Shown here: positions 35,544 through 44,778 of the stretch, piece after piece
Numbering within the stretch: the first letter of the stretch is position 1
How the letters are laid out: every line of letters begins with the position of its first letter
Origin: an uncultured Acidimicrobiaceae bacterium
GTDB taxonomy: Bacteria; Actinomycetota; Acidimicrobiia; Spongiisociales; ZC4RG35
Length of the DNA: 56,728 nt
Reading direction: 5' to 3'
NCBI GenBank assembly: GCA_964388105.1
Contig: CAYLYQ010000008.1
Coordinates: 1-56,728, forward strand
The notes under the pieces: generated by a model
Seen by the model: the letters and a program-made list of their open reading frames with translations, nothing else
Told to the model about the DNA's origin: nothing
Database searches by the model: none
Position numbers and translations under genes: made by a program

Positions 35544-35978
35544 TCAGGGAGAGTCGACGCTGGCGCTGTCCGGAGAGTCAACCGAATCCGGCGAGCTCGG
35601 CGAGTCGGGCGTGTTCGGTGAGTCCGGGGTGTTCGGGCTGTCCGGCGAGTCCGGGGTGTTAGGCGACTTGGGTGAGTCGGGGGTGTTCGGCGAGTTCGGG
35701 CTGACCGTGTTCACGCTGGCGGTCGCCGTGTTGAGCGAGTCGAACGGCGAGTCGTTCGTGGGATCGAGATCACCGAAGGTGACTCCGGGAATCTGCGGGG
35801 AGGTGGTGGCCGTGGTCACCTGTGTGATCTCGGTGCGGTCGTTCAGGTTGATCGAGTCCACATCCTTGGCGTCAGACCCAGGGGCTGCAGCCGCAAGGCC
35901 GCTGATACCGATGGCCGAAACTGCGGTGGCCGCTGCCACGACCTTCCAGTTCTTCGTGATTTGTTCCTTGAGTTGCAT
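35544..35978 (-). CDS. secreted/anchored acidic protein with NTPDSP repeats (paralog 2)
   Basis: 144 aa. Same N-terminus (MQLKEQITKNWKVV...) and the same conserved blocks as paralog 1. Longer repeat tail. Both end in SASVD(T/S)P. Confidence 0.7.
   Translation of the reverse strand: MQLKEQITKNWKVVAAATAVSAIGISGLAAAAPGSDAKDVDSINLNDRTEITQVTTATTSPQIPGVTFGDLDPTNDSPFDSLNTATASVNTVSPNSPNTPDSPKSPNTPDSPDSPNTPDSPNTPDSPSSPDSVDSPDSASVDSP
35571..35702 (-). repeat. in-frame degenerate 9/18-nt tandem repeats encoding (N/D/K/S)(T)PDSP units
   Basis: The unit gagtccggggtgttcgg and variants encode SPNSPNTPDSPKSPNTPDSPDSPNTPDSPNTPDSPSSPDSVDSP. Confidence 0.8.
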
Positions 35979-36035
35979 CGTCTTTCTCCTTCTCTGGTGA
36001 GACTTCTGAGAGAAGGATCCCGGATGCGGGTGAAA

Positions 36036-37271
36036 TCATTCTGAGAAGGGCATGAGAGTCTTCTCATCTACCCGACGTGCACTTTCGGCCCACAGCTCGG
36101 CAATGGCGACCCTCACCGCGACCTCTTCGGGCCAGTTCGGCGACTGCACTCGAAACGGCCCGGTCGAGAGCATGAAGGCCATCGCGGCTGCACGGCGTCG
36201 CAGGTCGACGGGGTCGACCACCGTGTCCCAGATGCGGAGCAATGTGTTGCCGTAAGCCTTGATCCGCTCGGGCTGGGGGCTCATCGGTCCCCAGACCGAG
36301 AGGTGGGCGAGCATCGTCGCCGGGTCGTCTCCGGCGCGCCCCAGGCCGTAGGTGTCGATGTCGATGATCCCGACGATGTTGCCGCCCTCGACCATGAGCT
36401 GCGATTCGTAGTAGTCGCCGTGAACCGGGCGGTCGGCGGGGAGGGTCTCGCTCCCGATCCCGCCGGACAACGCCTCCAAGCGACCGTCCAGCTCCGGACA
36501 GAGTGCCGACACCATCGGGATCATGTCCTGGGCTCGGTCGAGGGGGGAAGGCGTGGGCTCGAGGCCTTCGGGGTGGGGGAGGTCGGCCACCATCGCGGCC
36601 ACGGCTTCGGGATCCGGGACGGCGGCTTCGGGATTGGACATCGCCTGTCTCAGTGTCATTCCTGGCATCGCCTGGAGCACGACGAGACCGAGCCGGTCGT
36701 CGAAGCCCAGGCTGGCGGGCACGTTGAGCACCTGGGAGAGCGTTTGGTGCGTCCGGTGGAGCCGCTCGATCGCCCTGGGTCGGACCACCTTGAAGAACAC
36801 CCGCTCCTGGGAGCCGCGCACCTCGACCACTGCCCTTCGGCCGGGACGGTACGCCCGCAGGTGCGTGGTGGCCGGGCCCGGGGCCCCTCCCAAGCTGACG
36901 AGTACCTGCTCCGCCGATTCGGCGTTCATTGCAGACGGCAGTGCCGGGAGAGCCGGATCGTGGGGAAACCGCCAGATGCCGACCCGTCCGCCCTCGTCGT
37001 CCTCCACGAGCATCGCCCCTTCGGGGATCCGGCCTGCGGCCGCGATGAAGGCCTGTTGACCGTCCAACGGGCCCCCGGACACGCTGACCTCGTAGCGCAC
37101 CGTGATGCTGCGCCCGGGTGACCATGAGACCTGGTTGATGGTGGTCGAGGAGATCTCACCATCCAGGGCCGACACTGCCGCCTCGAGCGGGGGTGGGGGG
37201 GATGCACCCAGGAGTGTGGCCACCTCCGGGAGCCGGGGGTCGGTCAGCGCGGCCGTCCTCGGATGGGTCAA
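36036..37271 (-). CDS. aminoglycoside-phosphotransferase-fold (APH/choline-kinase-like) kinase
   Basis: Brenner-type motif VHGDYYESQLM and IIDIDT. A TTG start at 37271 lies 3 nt after the secDF stop, so the start is uncertain. Confidence 0.65.
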   Translation of the reverse strand: MTHPRTAALTDPRLPEVATLLGASPPPPLEAAVSALDGEISSTTINQVSWSPGRSITVRYEVSVSGGPLDGQQAFIAAAGRIPEGAMLVEDDEGGRVGIWRFPHDPALPALPSAMNAESAEQVLVSLGGAPGPATTHLRAYRPGRRAVVEVRGSQERVFFKVVRPRAIERLHRTHQTLSQVLNVPASLGFDDRLGLVVLQAMPGMTLRQAMSNPEAAVPDPEAVAAMVADLPHPEGLEPTPSPLDRAQDMIPMVSALCPELDGRLEALSGGIGSETLPADRPVHGDYYESQLMVEGGNIVGIIDIDTYGLGRAGDDPATMLAHLSVWGPMSPQPERIKAYGNTLLRIWDTVVDPVDLRRRAAAMAFMLSTGPFRVQSPNWPEEVAVRVAIAELWAESARRVDEKTLMPFSE

Positions 37272-37274
37272 AGG

Positions 37275-39539
37275 TCAGCCCCGATAGACCTTCGGTGTCT
37301 CCCGCCGTGTGTCGACAGGCTCGACGACAGGTGCGGGGAAGCGCGTCTCCAGGGCCAGGTAGATGGGTGAGGCCGTGAAGACCGACGAGTAGGTCCCGAG
37401 CAGCGTGCCGATGATCAGCGCCAGGGCGAAGTCGGCGAGGGTGTCGCCACCGAGGACCCAGAGCGCGACCAGGACGAAGAGTGCGCCCATGCCGGTGTTG
37501 ATCGTGCGGGGGATCGTCTGCAAGGACGAGTCGTTGACCACATCGACGAGTGCGTCGTCGGGTCGGAGCTTCCGCTGCTCCCTGATCCGGTCGAAGATCA
37601 CCACCGAGTCGTTGACCGAGTATCCGATGACCGTGAGGAGGCCGGCGAGGAAGACCCCGTCGAAGGTCTTGCCCATCCAGGCGAACAGCCCGAACAGAAT
37701 CGCCACGTCGTGGAACATGGCCGCCACCGCCGCCAGCCCCATCGTCCACCGGAAGCGGATCGCCAGGTAGATGAGCTGGACCAGCAGGGCGATGCCAAGG
37801 GCGATGAGGGCCTTGTTGCGGAGCTCCGCACCCACCGTCGGGCCGACGAACTGGGAACGGACGCGCTCCGCCCCTGGCGACTGCTCCGCGACCGCGGCGT
37901 CGACCGCCTCCTGCTGGGCCTGGTCGAGGCGCTCGGTGCGGATCAGGAGGTTGCCCTGACCGGAGGTCTGGACCACCGCGCGGGGCAGGCCGATGGCGGT
38001 CATCTCCTCGCGCATCGAGTCGACGTCCACCGGGGAGGAGGTCTGGTACTCGAGGAGCAAGCCTCCGGAGAACTCGACGCCGAGCTGCGTGCCGCGGGCC
38101 AGGGGGCCGGCCAATGCCAACAGCACCGCCACGACTGCGATCCCGATCAGGAGCCGGGTGCGGCCCACGAGGTTGGGCTTCCTCTCCGCGAGCCAATGAC
38201 GGAACCTCTTCCCGACATGGAGCCCGAGCAACCCGGGTTTGGATGAGATGGCCTCGCTGCGGGTCATCAGGTCGACGAGGACCCGGGTGAAGACCAGGGC
38301 GGTGAACATCGAGACGAGGACACCGATGGACAGGGTGACACCAAAGCCTCGGATCGAGCCGCTGGCGAAGAAGAACAGAAGGATCGCGGCCAGGAGGGTG
38401 GTGACGTTGGAGTCGGCGATGGCCGTCCAGGCGCGTTTGAACCCGGCGAACGCGGCGTCGCGGACCGTCGCTCCGGTCTCGTACTCCTCTTTGATCCGCT
38501 CGTAGATGAGGACGTTGGCGTCGACCGCCATGCCCACTGCCAAGACGAAACCGGCGATCCCAGGCAGGGTGATGGTGGCGCCCATCAGCAGCAGGACACC
38601 CGCGGTGATCGCGGCATAGGCGATCAGGGAGATCGCGGCAGTCACGCCGAGCAGGCGGTAGTAGAGGATCATGTAGAGCAGGGTCAGCCCGGCGCCGATG
38701 AGGGCGGCGTCGATGCTCTGGGCGATGGCGGCCTCGCCGAGGGTGGGCCCGATCGTCCCCTGTTCCACGATGTCGATCGGCACCGGGAGAGCACCGGCTT
38801 GGAGCAGGAGGGCCAGCTCGGTGGCAGCTTCCTGGTCGAAGCTGCCTGTGATGACGGTGGTCCCGCCCACGATCCCGATGTCGCAGGACACGTCCAGAGC
38901 AACGCCGGGGCTGGAGATGACCTGCTGGTCCAAGAGGATGGCGATCCGCCGCTGGGCGGATCCGGGCGGCTGGCAGGCAGCGGCGCCGGTCAACTCGGCC
39001 CAGGCGTCCGACCCTTCGCCCCGGAACGTGATCTGGACCATCCACTGGCCCGCCTGGCTGAACAGCGGGATGGCGTCGCTGACATCGGCGCCGGTCAGCT
39101 CGGTGCCGCCGATTGCGATGTTGTTTCCGTCCTCGTCGGGCACGACGGTCGTGTCCTCAGGCCCCTCCTCGACACCGGGAGCCAGCGCGGCCAGGACGGG
39201 ATGGAAGGTGAGCTCCGCAGTGCGCCCGATCGTCTCGATTGCCTCTTCCGGATCTCCGACGCCGGGCAGCTCGACGATGATCCGGCGGTCTCCCGACGCC
39301 TGGATGTTGGGCTCGGTGGTTCCCATGGCGTCGATCCTGCGGCGGAGGACTTCCACGGTGCGCTGGACCACGTCGGCGTCGACGGTGATCGTGTCGGTGT
39401 CGCGAGCCTCGTAGACGATCTGCGTCCCGCCGCGGAGGTCGAGGCCGAGCTTCGGTTGGGTGGTTGCGATGAGGTAGGCAGAAGCGGCGATCACGGTGAT
39501 CGAGACGAACAGGCGCCAGCCGAAACCCTTGGACAACAT
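37275..39539 (-). CDS. secDF: fused protein translocase subunits SecD-SecF
   Basis: ATG 39539 lies after GAGG. SecD periplasmic domain plus 6 TM helices, followed by SecF-like LGVEFSGG and a second 6-TM bundle. Confidence 0.9.
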   Translation of the reverse strand: MLSKGFGWRLFVSITVIAASAYLIATTQPKLGLDLRGGTQIVYEARDTDTITVDADVVQRTVEVLRRRIDAMGTTEPNIQASGDRRIIVELPGVGDPEEAIETIGRTAELTFHPVLAALAPGVEEGPEDTTVVPDEDGNNIAIGGTELTGADVSDAIPLFSQAGQWMVQITFRGEGSDAWAELTGAAACQPPGSAQRRIAILLDQQVISSPGVALDVSCDIGIVGGTTVITGSFDQEAATELALLLQAGALPVPIDIVEQGTIGPTLGEAAIAQSIDAALIGAGLTLLYMILYYRLLGVTAAISLIAYAAITAGVLLLMGATITLPGIAGFVLAVGMAVDANVLIYERIKEEYETGATVRDAAFAGFKRAWTAIADSNVTTLLAAILLFFFASGSIRGFGVTLSIGVLVSMFTALVFTRVLVDLMTRSEAISSKPGLLGLHVGKRFRHWLAERKPNLVGRTRLLIGIAVVAVLLALAGPLARGTQLGVEFSGGLLLEYQTSSPVDVDSMREEMTAIGLPRAVVQTSGQGNLLIRTERLDQAQQEAVDAAVAEQSPGAERVRSQFVGPTVGAELRNKALIALGIALLVQLIYLAIRFRWTMGLAAVAAMFHDVAILFGLFAWMGKTFDGVFLAGLLTVIGYSVNDSVVIFDRIREQRKLRPDDALVDVVNDSSLQTIPRTINTGMGALFVLVALWVLGGDTLADFALALIIGTLLGTYSSVFTASPIYLALETRFPAPVVEPVDTRRETPKVYRG

Positions 39540-39680
39540 CACACAACCTCTGTGGTCAGCCAGTTGACGATAACCGGGTGTAGTTCTATTGGATTTGCCG
39601 CGGTCGGTAAGCAACCCTCAGGACTTCGCCCCCACTCTTACGGGAGGGGCGCGCGAGAGGCGCAAGGTATCTTCCGCATC

Positions 39681-41795
39681 GTGACCATCACCGCAGAGGG
39701 GACACGCCCGGGCCTGGCTTCGGTCACCGGGATCGGCCTGGTGGCGGGAACCATGGAGGTGGCCGTCGCGCTCTCCTTCGCAGCGCTCCTCTTTGCCGGC
39801 ATGGGTCCCGCTGCTTATGCCCGGGGGGCGGGCTTCATCCTGTTGGGATCCATGATCTCCAACCTCATCGTGAGCCGGTGGTCGTCGCTCCCCGGGGCAC
39901 TCGTCGTTCCCCAGGACACCTCCACCGCGATTCTGGCCACCGCTGCCGCCCCGCTCCTCGCCGGTCACGGCCCCGACATGCAGTTCTCCACGATGTTGGT
40001 TTACGCCGCGGCCGCGGCCGCCCTCACGGGGGCGGTCATGCTCTTCATCGGCCTGGCCCGTCAAGGCAGCCTGATTCGGTTCATCCCGCTGCCGGTGATC
40101 GGTGGCTTCCTGGCCGGAACCGGGTACTTACTGGTGGTCGGCGGAGCCGACGTGATCACTTCAGGTTTCGACTTCTCCGCGAGCTCCGTGGTCGCCCTGA
40201 TCGGAGGATCACTTTTCGGCCTGGGCATGCTGCTCGTCCTCAGAAGGTGGCCGCGCCCGGGCCTCGTGCCGGGAAGCGTTGCCGTCGGCGCCGTCCTCTT
40301 CTTCCTGATCCTCCTGGTCACAGGGACCTCCATTGACGAAGCCCGGTCATTGGGTCTGCTGATGGAGTCGGTGCGGACCAGCATCGGCCTCCCCCTCGAT
40401 GAGCTCCGCTCCGCCGACTGGTCGATCCTGGCGGACGGGTGGGGTGGCCTCGTCACCGTGCCTTTGGTGGCCACGCTCGGCATGCTCCTCAACGTCAACG
40501 CGCTGGAGATGATCGGAGGCCACGACGCCAACCTCGATCGTGAGCTTCGGATGGTGGGGACCGCCAACCTGGCCGGCGTCACGACCGGCACGCCAGCCGT
40601 GTATCACACGCTCGGCATCACCGCCCTCGGCTACCGCGTCGGCGTGCGGAGCCGTTTGGTCCCGATCATCGTGGCTCTCGCCTGTCTGGCGGCGGCCGGG
40701 ATCGGTGGGCCGATTCTCGCCGCGTTCCCGATGCCCGTCGTCGGCGGTCTGCTCATCTTCCTGGGACTGGGCTTCATCACCGACTGGTTCGTCGACCGCA
40801 GGAGGCAGATGACGGGACCGGAGGTCCTGCTGATGGCAACCATCGTCTTCGCCGTGGCCACCCTCGGGTTCCTGGCGGCGGTGGGCCTCGGGATGCTCGC
40901 GTCGGTGATCATCTTCGCCATCCGCTACGCCGGGATCGATCCTGTTCGCCACCACGGTTCCGGAAGCGAGATGCGCAGCACCGTCGATCGTCCCCGAGCC
41001 GCCGAGCAGGTGCTGGCCGCCGCCGCCGACCGAATCCTGGTGGTCCAACTCCACGGCTTTCTCTTCTTCGGAACGGCCAAGATGGCGGTGGAGCGCGTTG
41101 CGGACCTGTTGAGCCAGCGCAGCCCGGTTGAAGTCCTGGTCGTCGATCTGGAGAGGGTCACCGGCGCCGACGCCACCGGCGTGTCGGCGATCCTGAAGCT
41201 GGGAGCGCTGGCGCAGCGCCAGGGGGCCGAATTCGTCCTGTCCTCCATTCCCGTCTCATTGCAGGTGGAGCTTGCCGCGGGCATGGCGCCGGAGGCCGGC
41301 GTTGCAGCCGACCTCGACCATGCATTGGAGATCGCCGAAGAGATCGTGATCGGCGACACCACGGATCCCGACTCGTGCACCCTCGACGAGGTGTTCGGGA
41401 TGGAGGTTTGGGAGCAAGTCCGGCCCTACCTGGAGCGCATCCGGGTTGGCGCCGGCGATGTGGTGATTCGTGTGGGTGAGAAGAGTTCTGGCGTCCTCAT
41501 GGTCGAGGAGGGGAGGTTGATCACCGAGATCGCAACGGATCGCGGCTACCGGAGGGTCCGGTCGTCCGGGCCCGGTGCCATCGTCGGCGAGATGTCGATC
41601 TATCGCACCGGTGGAAGGTCGGCCCGGGTCGCCGCGATCGAGCCGACGGTGCTGCTGTCACTCGACGATGAGGCGTTTGCAGCTATCGAGGCGGATGATC
41701 CGGCACTGGCGATCCGCCTCCACAGGGTGCTGGCAGCAGTGATGGCGGAGAGGGTCGCCCTCGGCAACATGGCGGTGGCGACCCTCCTCCGTTAG
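39681..41795 (+). CDS. SulP-family anion transporter with STAS and cyclic-nucleotide-binding domains
   Basis: Polytopic SulP core, a STAS-like segment (ILVVQLHGFLFFGTA...VVDLERVTGADATG), and a C-terminal cNMP-binding pattern GAIVGEMSIY...RSARVAA. The start is uncertain (GTG 39681 or ATG 39753). The track's 5' 880 nt is antisense to secDF. Confidence 0.75.
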   Translation: MTITAEGTRPGLASVTGIGLVAGTMEVAVALSFAALLFAGMGPAAYARGAGFILLGSMISNLIVSRWSSLPGALVVPQDTSTAILATAAAPLLAGHGPDMQFSTMLVYAAAAAALTGAVMLFIGLARQGSLIRFIPLPVIGGFLAGTGYLLVVGGADVITSGFDFSASSVVALIGGSLFGLGMLLVLRRWPRPGLVPGSVAVGAVLFFLILLVTGTSIDEARSLGLLMESVRTSIGLPLDELRSADWSILADGWGGLVTVPLVATLGMLLNVNALEMIGGHDANLDRELRMVGTANLAGVTTGTPAVYHTLGITALGYRVGVRSRLVPIIVALACLAAAGIGGPILAAFPMPVVGGLLIFLGLGFITDWFVDRRRQMTGPEVLLMATIVFAVATLGFLAAVGLGMLASVIIFAIRYAGIDPVRHHGSGSEMRSTVDRPRAAEQVLAAAADRILVVQLHGFLFFGTAKMAVERVADLLSQRSPVEVLVVDLERVTGADATGVSAILKLGALAQRQGAEFVLSSIPVSLQVELAAGMAPEAGVAADLDHALEIAEEIVIGDTTDPDSCTLDEVFGMEVWEQVRPYLERIRVGAGDVVIRVGEKSSGVLMVEEGRLITEIATDRGYRRVRSSGPGAIVGEMSIYRTGGRSARVAAIEPTVLLSLDDEAFAAIEADDPALAIRLHRVLAAVMAERVALGNMAVATLLR

Positions 41796-41796
41796 C

Positions 41797-42177
41797 TCAT
41801 CTGCGCCGCAACTCGTCCCGGATCTCGGTGAGAAGGGCAACTTCCTCCGAAGGGGCGGCTTCCTCGATCGCCTCTTCCTTGGCGTAACGCGCCCGCATGG
41901 CGTTGGCGGGCTTCACGACGAAGAAGAACAGCGCGAGGGCGACCAACAGGAACGCAATCACGGCGTTGAGGAACGATCCGTAGCGGATCTCCGACGTCCC
42001 GATCGACACCGTGAGAGCCGAGAAGTCGGGTTGGCCCGCCACCGCGGCAATGAGCGGTGTGATCACGTCTGAGACCAGAGAGGTCATCACCGTTGCGAAC
42101 GCGGCGCCGAGGACGAAACCGACCGCGACATCGAGGAGGCTTCCCTTGAGGGCGAACTCCCTGAACTCCTTGAGCAA
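41797..42177 (-). CDS. mscL: large-conductance mechanosensitive channel
   Basis: Canonical N-terminus MLKEFREFALKGSLLDVAVGFVLGAAF, two TM helices, 126 aa. Confidence 0.95.
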   Translation of the reverse strand: MLKEFREFALKGSLLDVAVGFVLGAAFATVMTSLVSDVITPLIAAVAGQPDFSALTVSIGTSEIRYGSFLNAVIAFLLVALALFFFVVKPANAMRARYAKEEAIEEAAPSEEVALLTEIRDELRRR

Positions 42178-42257
42178 CTCGTCTCCTTTCGGCTTATGCC
42201 GCCGACACTAGCCTCGGCCGCCACCCGGCGATCGGTGCCAGGCAAGGAGGTGGAGGC

Positions 42258-43451
42258 GTGTCGGTTTCCCGGCGGTCGGACGCGGTCGAAGGTCGGGTGG
42301 CGATCTCTCACCGCGTCGCCTCGGCGTCGTTCCGAGTGGCCGGTGTGTTCGGATTGATCGCCGTGACCTGGGCGTTCGTGGTCCTCGTTCGCGGCGGGAG
42401 TTGGTGGGGCCCGCTCCATTCCTTCCTCGTGGGCACGGTCCTCTTCGCCATCGCAGGCGCGTCGCAGATGTTCACCATCACCTGGGCTGCGGCCCCTCCG
42501 CCCCCTGATGCGGTGTCGAGGGCGCAACGCTGGGTCAGCGCCGCCGGGGTGGTCCTCGTGTTGTGGGGCGTCGCCACCAGCACCGCGTGGGCAGGTGGCA
42601 TCGGCGCCGTCACGGTCATCGCCGGGCTCGGGCTCCTCGCCTACTCGCTGGTCTCCGCCATCCGCCGCAGCCTGCTCCGGCGTTTCGACCTCGCGTCCCG
42701 CTTCTACCTGATAGCCATCGCCTGCGGGCTGATCGGGGTCGGTCTGGGGGGGATCATGGCCACCGAGATGGCCGGGTTCCGTTTCACCGACATCCGCACC
42801 GCTCATGCCAGGCTCAACCTCGTCGGGCTGGCCGGCCTCACGATTGCGGGGACGTTGCCCACGATCATGCCGACATTCGTGCCCAGCCGCGCCGTGTCGG
42901 GGAAGGAGGCCGTGGTGGCCTTGTGGGCGGCAGCGGCCTCGGCGGTTGCGATGGCGTCGGGCGCTCTGGCGGGCGGGGTCGCCATCGGTGTCGGTGTCAT
43001 GTTGGCGGGCCTTGCGCTGGGATTGATCCTCGGCGGCATCCTGGTCCGGCTGGGTGCCAAAGCACTCAAGGGGAGGATCCCGTATCTCCAGGTTGCGATC
43101 GGTGTGTGCTGGCTCGTCGTCTGGGCATTCCTCGACGGCATCGCCCTGGCCCGCGGCGAGACGGCGATGCCGTTCACCGGTTGGACCGCGGCCGCGGCCC
43201 TGGCTGGAGTGGGACAGGTGCTCCTCGGCTCTCTGGCCTACCTGGTCCCCGTGCTGGTGGGCCCGCCTCCACGCCTGGGCCGCAACCTCGCCCGCATGAA
43301 GGGGCATCCCTGGCTGCCGCTGCTGGCTGCAAACACAGGCGGGGTCGCCTTGGTGGCCGGGACTGAAGCCGTCGCAGTCGTGGCCTTGGCCGTTTGGGTG
43401 TTGGACTTCGCAATCAGACTGGCGCGGTTGGAGTGGAAGGACCGCGGATGA
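42258..43451 (+). CDS. hypothetical polytopic membrane protein (about 10-12 TM helices)
   Basis: GTG start after AAGGAGGTGGAGG. Hydrophobic throughout. The stop overlaps the next start (ATGA). Confidence 0.6.
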   Translation: MSVSRRSDAVEGRVAISHRVASASFRVAGVFGLIAVTWAFVVLVRGGSWWGPLHSFLVGTVLFAIAGASQMFTITWAAAPPPPDAVSRAQRWVSAAGVVLVLWGVATSTAWAGGIGAVTVIAGLGLLAYSLVSAIRRSLLRRFDLASRFYLIAIACGLIGVGLGGIMATEMAGFRFTDIRTAHARLNLVGLAGLTIAGTLPTIMPTFVPSRAVSGKEAVVALWAAAASAVAMASGALAGGVAIGVGVMLAGLALGLILGGILVRLGAKALKGRIPYLQVAIGVCWLVVWAFLDGIALARGETAMPFTGWTAAAALAGVGQVLLGSLAYLVPVLVGPPPRLGRNLARMKGHPWLPLLAANTGGVALVAGTEAVAVVALAVWVLDFAIRLARLEWKDRG

Positions 43452-44776
43452 TCTTCGACGACGGCAATCGGGAGGTTCCGGGGGGAGTCGGGGGACCCGA
43501 GCGGGTCATCATCGTGGGGGCCGGAGCGGCCGGACTGACCGCGGCCAACGCGTTGCGCAGCGCGGGGGTCGAGTGCATCGTCCTCGAGGCGCGGAAGCGA
43601 ATCGGAGGGCGTGTCGACAGTGTCGCCATCGGGGGCACGAAGGTCGACTTGGGGGCGGCCTGGATCCATCATCCCGACGGAAACCCGCTCTCACGCGTCG
43701 CCGAGGCCGCCGGGGTGCCCCGGGTCGACGGGGACTTCAGGCCGGGCGCCGTCTTCTTCGATCCGGCCGACGGGTCTCTGATCCGCCCGTCCAGGGCCGA
43801 GGTCGATGCCCTCGTATCCGGATTCTTCTCCGGGATCGACGGGCTGGGCCTGGGTGCCGATGCCACCGTCGAGGAGGCTGTATCGGCCTACCTGTCGGGG
43901 CGGGAACACCAGCCTTGGGCCCTCAACGTGTTGCGGACGATGGCCGAGGCGGAAGGGTCGGCCGCCATGGCAGAGATGGCGATCGGTGGCTTCCCACCCT
44001 CGACCCTCGAGTACGGGGGATCGTCTCTGGGCGACTTCCCGGTCGGGGGCTATGCCGCGGTCCTGGCGGCGCTGGCGGCAGGCACCGAGGTTCGCACCGG
44101 TGCCGTGGTGACCGCCATAACCCACGGTGCCCACGGTGTCGAAGTGACGCTGGCTGACGGGACCATCGAACGAGGCAGCCACGCCCTGGTGACCGTTCCG
44201 CTCGGAGTGCTGCAGGCAGGGACGATCCGGTTCGAGCCTGGCCTGGGAACGGAGAAGGAGTCCGTCATCGCTCGTCTCGGATTCGGTCGATTCGAGAAGG
44301 TCGTCCTCGCCTTCGACGAGCCGGTGGGGGTCGGCCAGCCACATCTCTACCCGCTCGGAGCCGACGAGTTCCGCGTGGTGATGGCCATGGAGCGCTTCAC
44401 CGGCAGGCCGGTGGTGGTGGCGACCGCGTTCGGCAGCTCGGCCGGCCTCCTCGTCGATGGCTCCGACGAGGAGGTGGTCGGCCACCTGATGGACCACCTG
44501 CGCGCCGGGTGGGGCCCGGTCCCCGACCCGGTCGAGGTCGCCCGATCCGGATGGGCAAGGGACCCCTTCTCCCGCGGGGCCTACACCTTCGTCCCGCCGG
44601 GCTCCAGACGGGCAGATCTCGACCTGCTCGGTCAGCCCGTGGGAGGCAGGTTGCTGTTCGCCGGCGAAGCCACCGGCTCGGCTCGTGTCGGCTATCTCGA
44701 CGGTGCTTTCAGCACGGCGGTGCGAGAGGCGAAGCGCCTCCTCGGCGTGCCCGCAGTCGAGCTCGAGATCGGATAG
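43448..44776 (+). CDS. FAD-dependent amine-oxidase-family oxidoreductase
   Basis: Dinucleotide motif VIIVGAGAAGLTAANAL...VLEARKRIGGR. C-terminal LLFAGEAT. Confidence 0.8.
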   Translation: MIFDDGNREVPGGVGGPERVIIVGAGAAGLTAANALRSAGVECIVLEARKRIGGRVDSVAIGGTKVDLGAAWIHHPDGNPLSRVAEAAGVPRVDGDFRPGAVFFDPADGSLIRPSRAEVDALVSGFFSGIDGLGLGADATVEEAVSAYLSGREHQPWALNVLRTMAEAEGSAAMAEMAIGGFPPSTLEYGGSSLGDFPVGGYAAVLAALAAGTEVRTGAVVTAITHGAHGVEVTLADGTIERGSHALVTVPLGVLQAGTIRFEPGLGTEKESVIARLGFGRFEKVVLAFDEPVGVGQPHLYPLGADEFRVVMAMERFTGRPVVVATAFGSSAGLLVDGSDEEVVGHLMDHLRAGWGPVPDPVEVARSGWARDPFSRGAYTFVPPGSRRADLDLLGQPVGGRLLFAGEATGSARVGYLDGAFSTAVREAKRLLGVPAVELEIG

Positions 44777-44778
44777 AG

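Noticed and set aside
35178-35702. Short tandem DNA repeats, considered as a CRISPR array or non-coding VNTR
   Set aside because: The units are 9-18 nt, contiguous without spacers, and in frame inside two paralogous ORFs. They encode Pro/Ser/Thr/Asp peptide repeats.
37156-39045. 629-aa minus-strand ORF
   Set aside because: It is an out-of-frame overlap of secDF and the APH-like gene. It is extremely Arg/Pro/Gly-rich, whereas the secDF frame has clear family motifs.
38799-39680. 5' 880 nt of the 998-aa ORF (SulP gene)
   Set aside because: This part is antisense to secDF and non-protein-like. The real transporter begins after the divergent intergenic region, around 39681.
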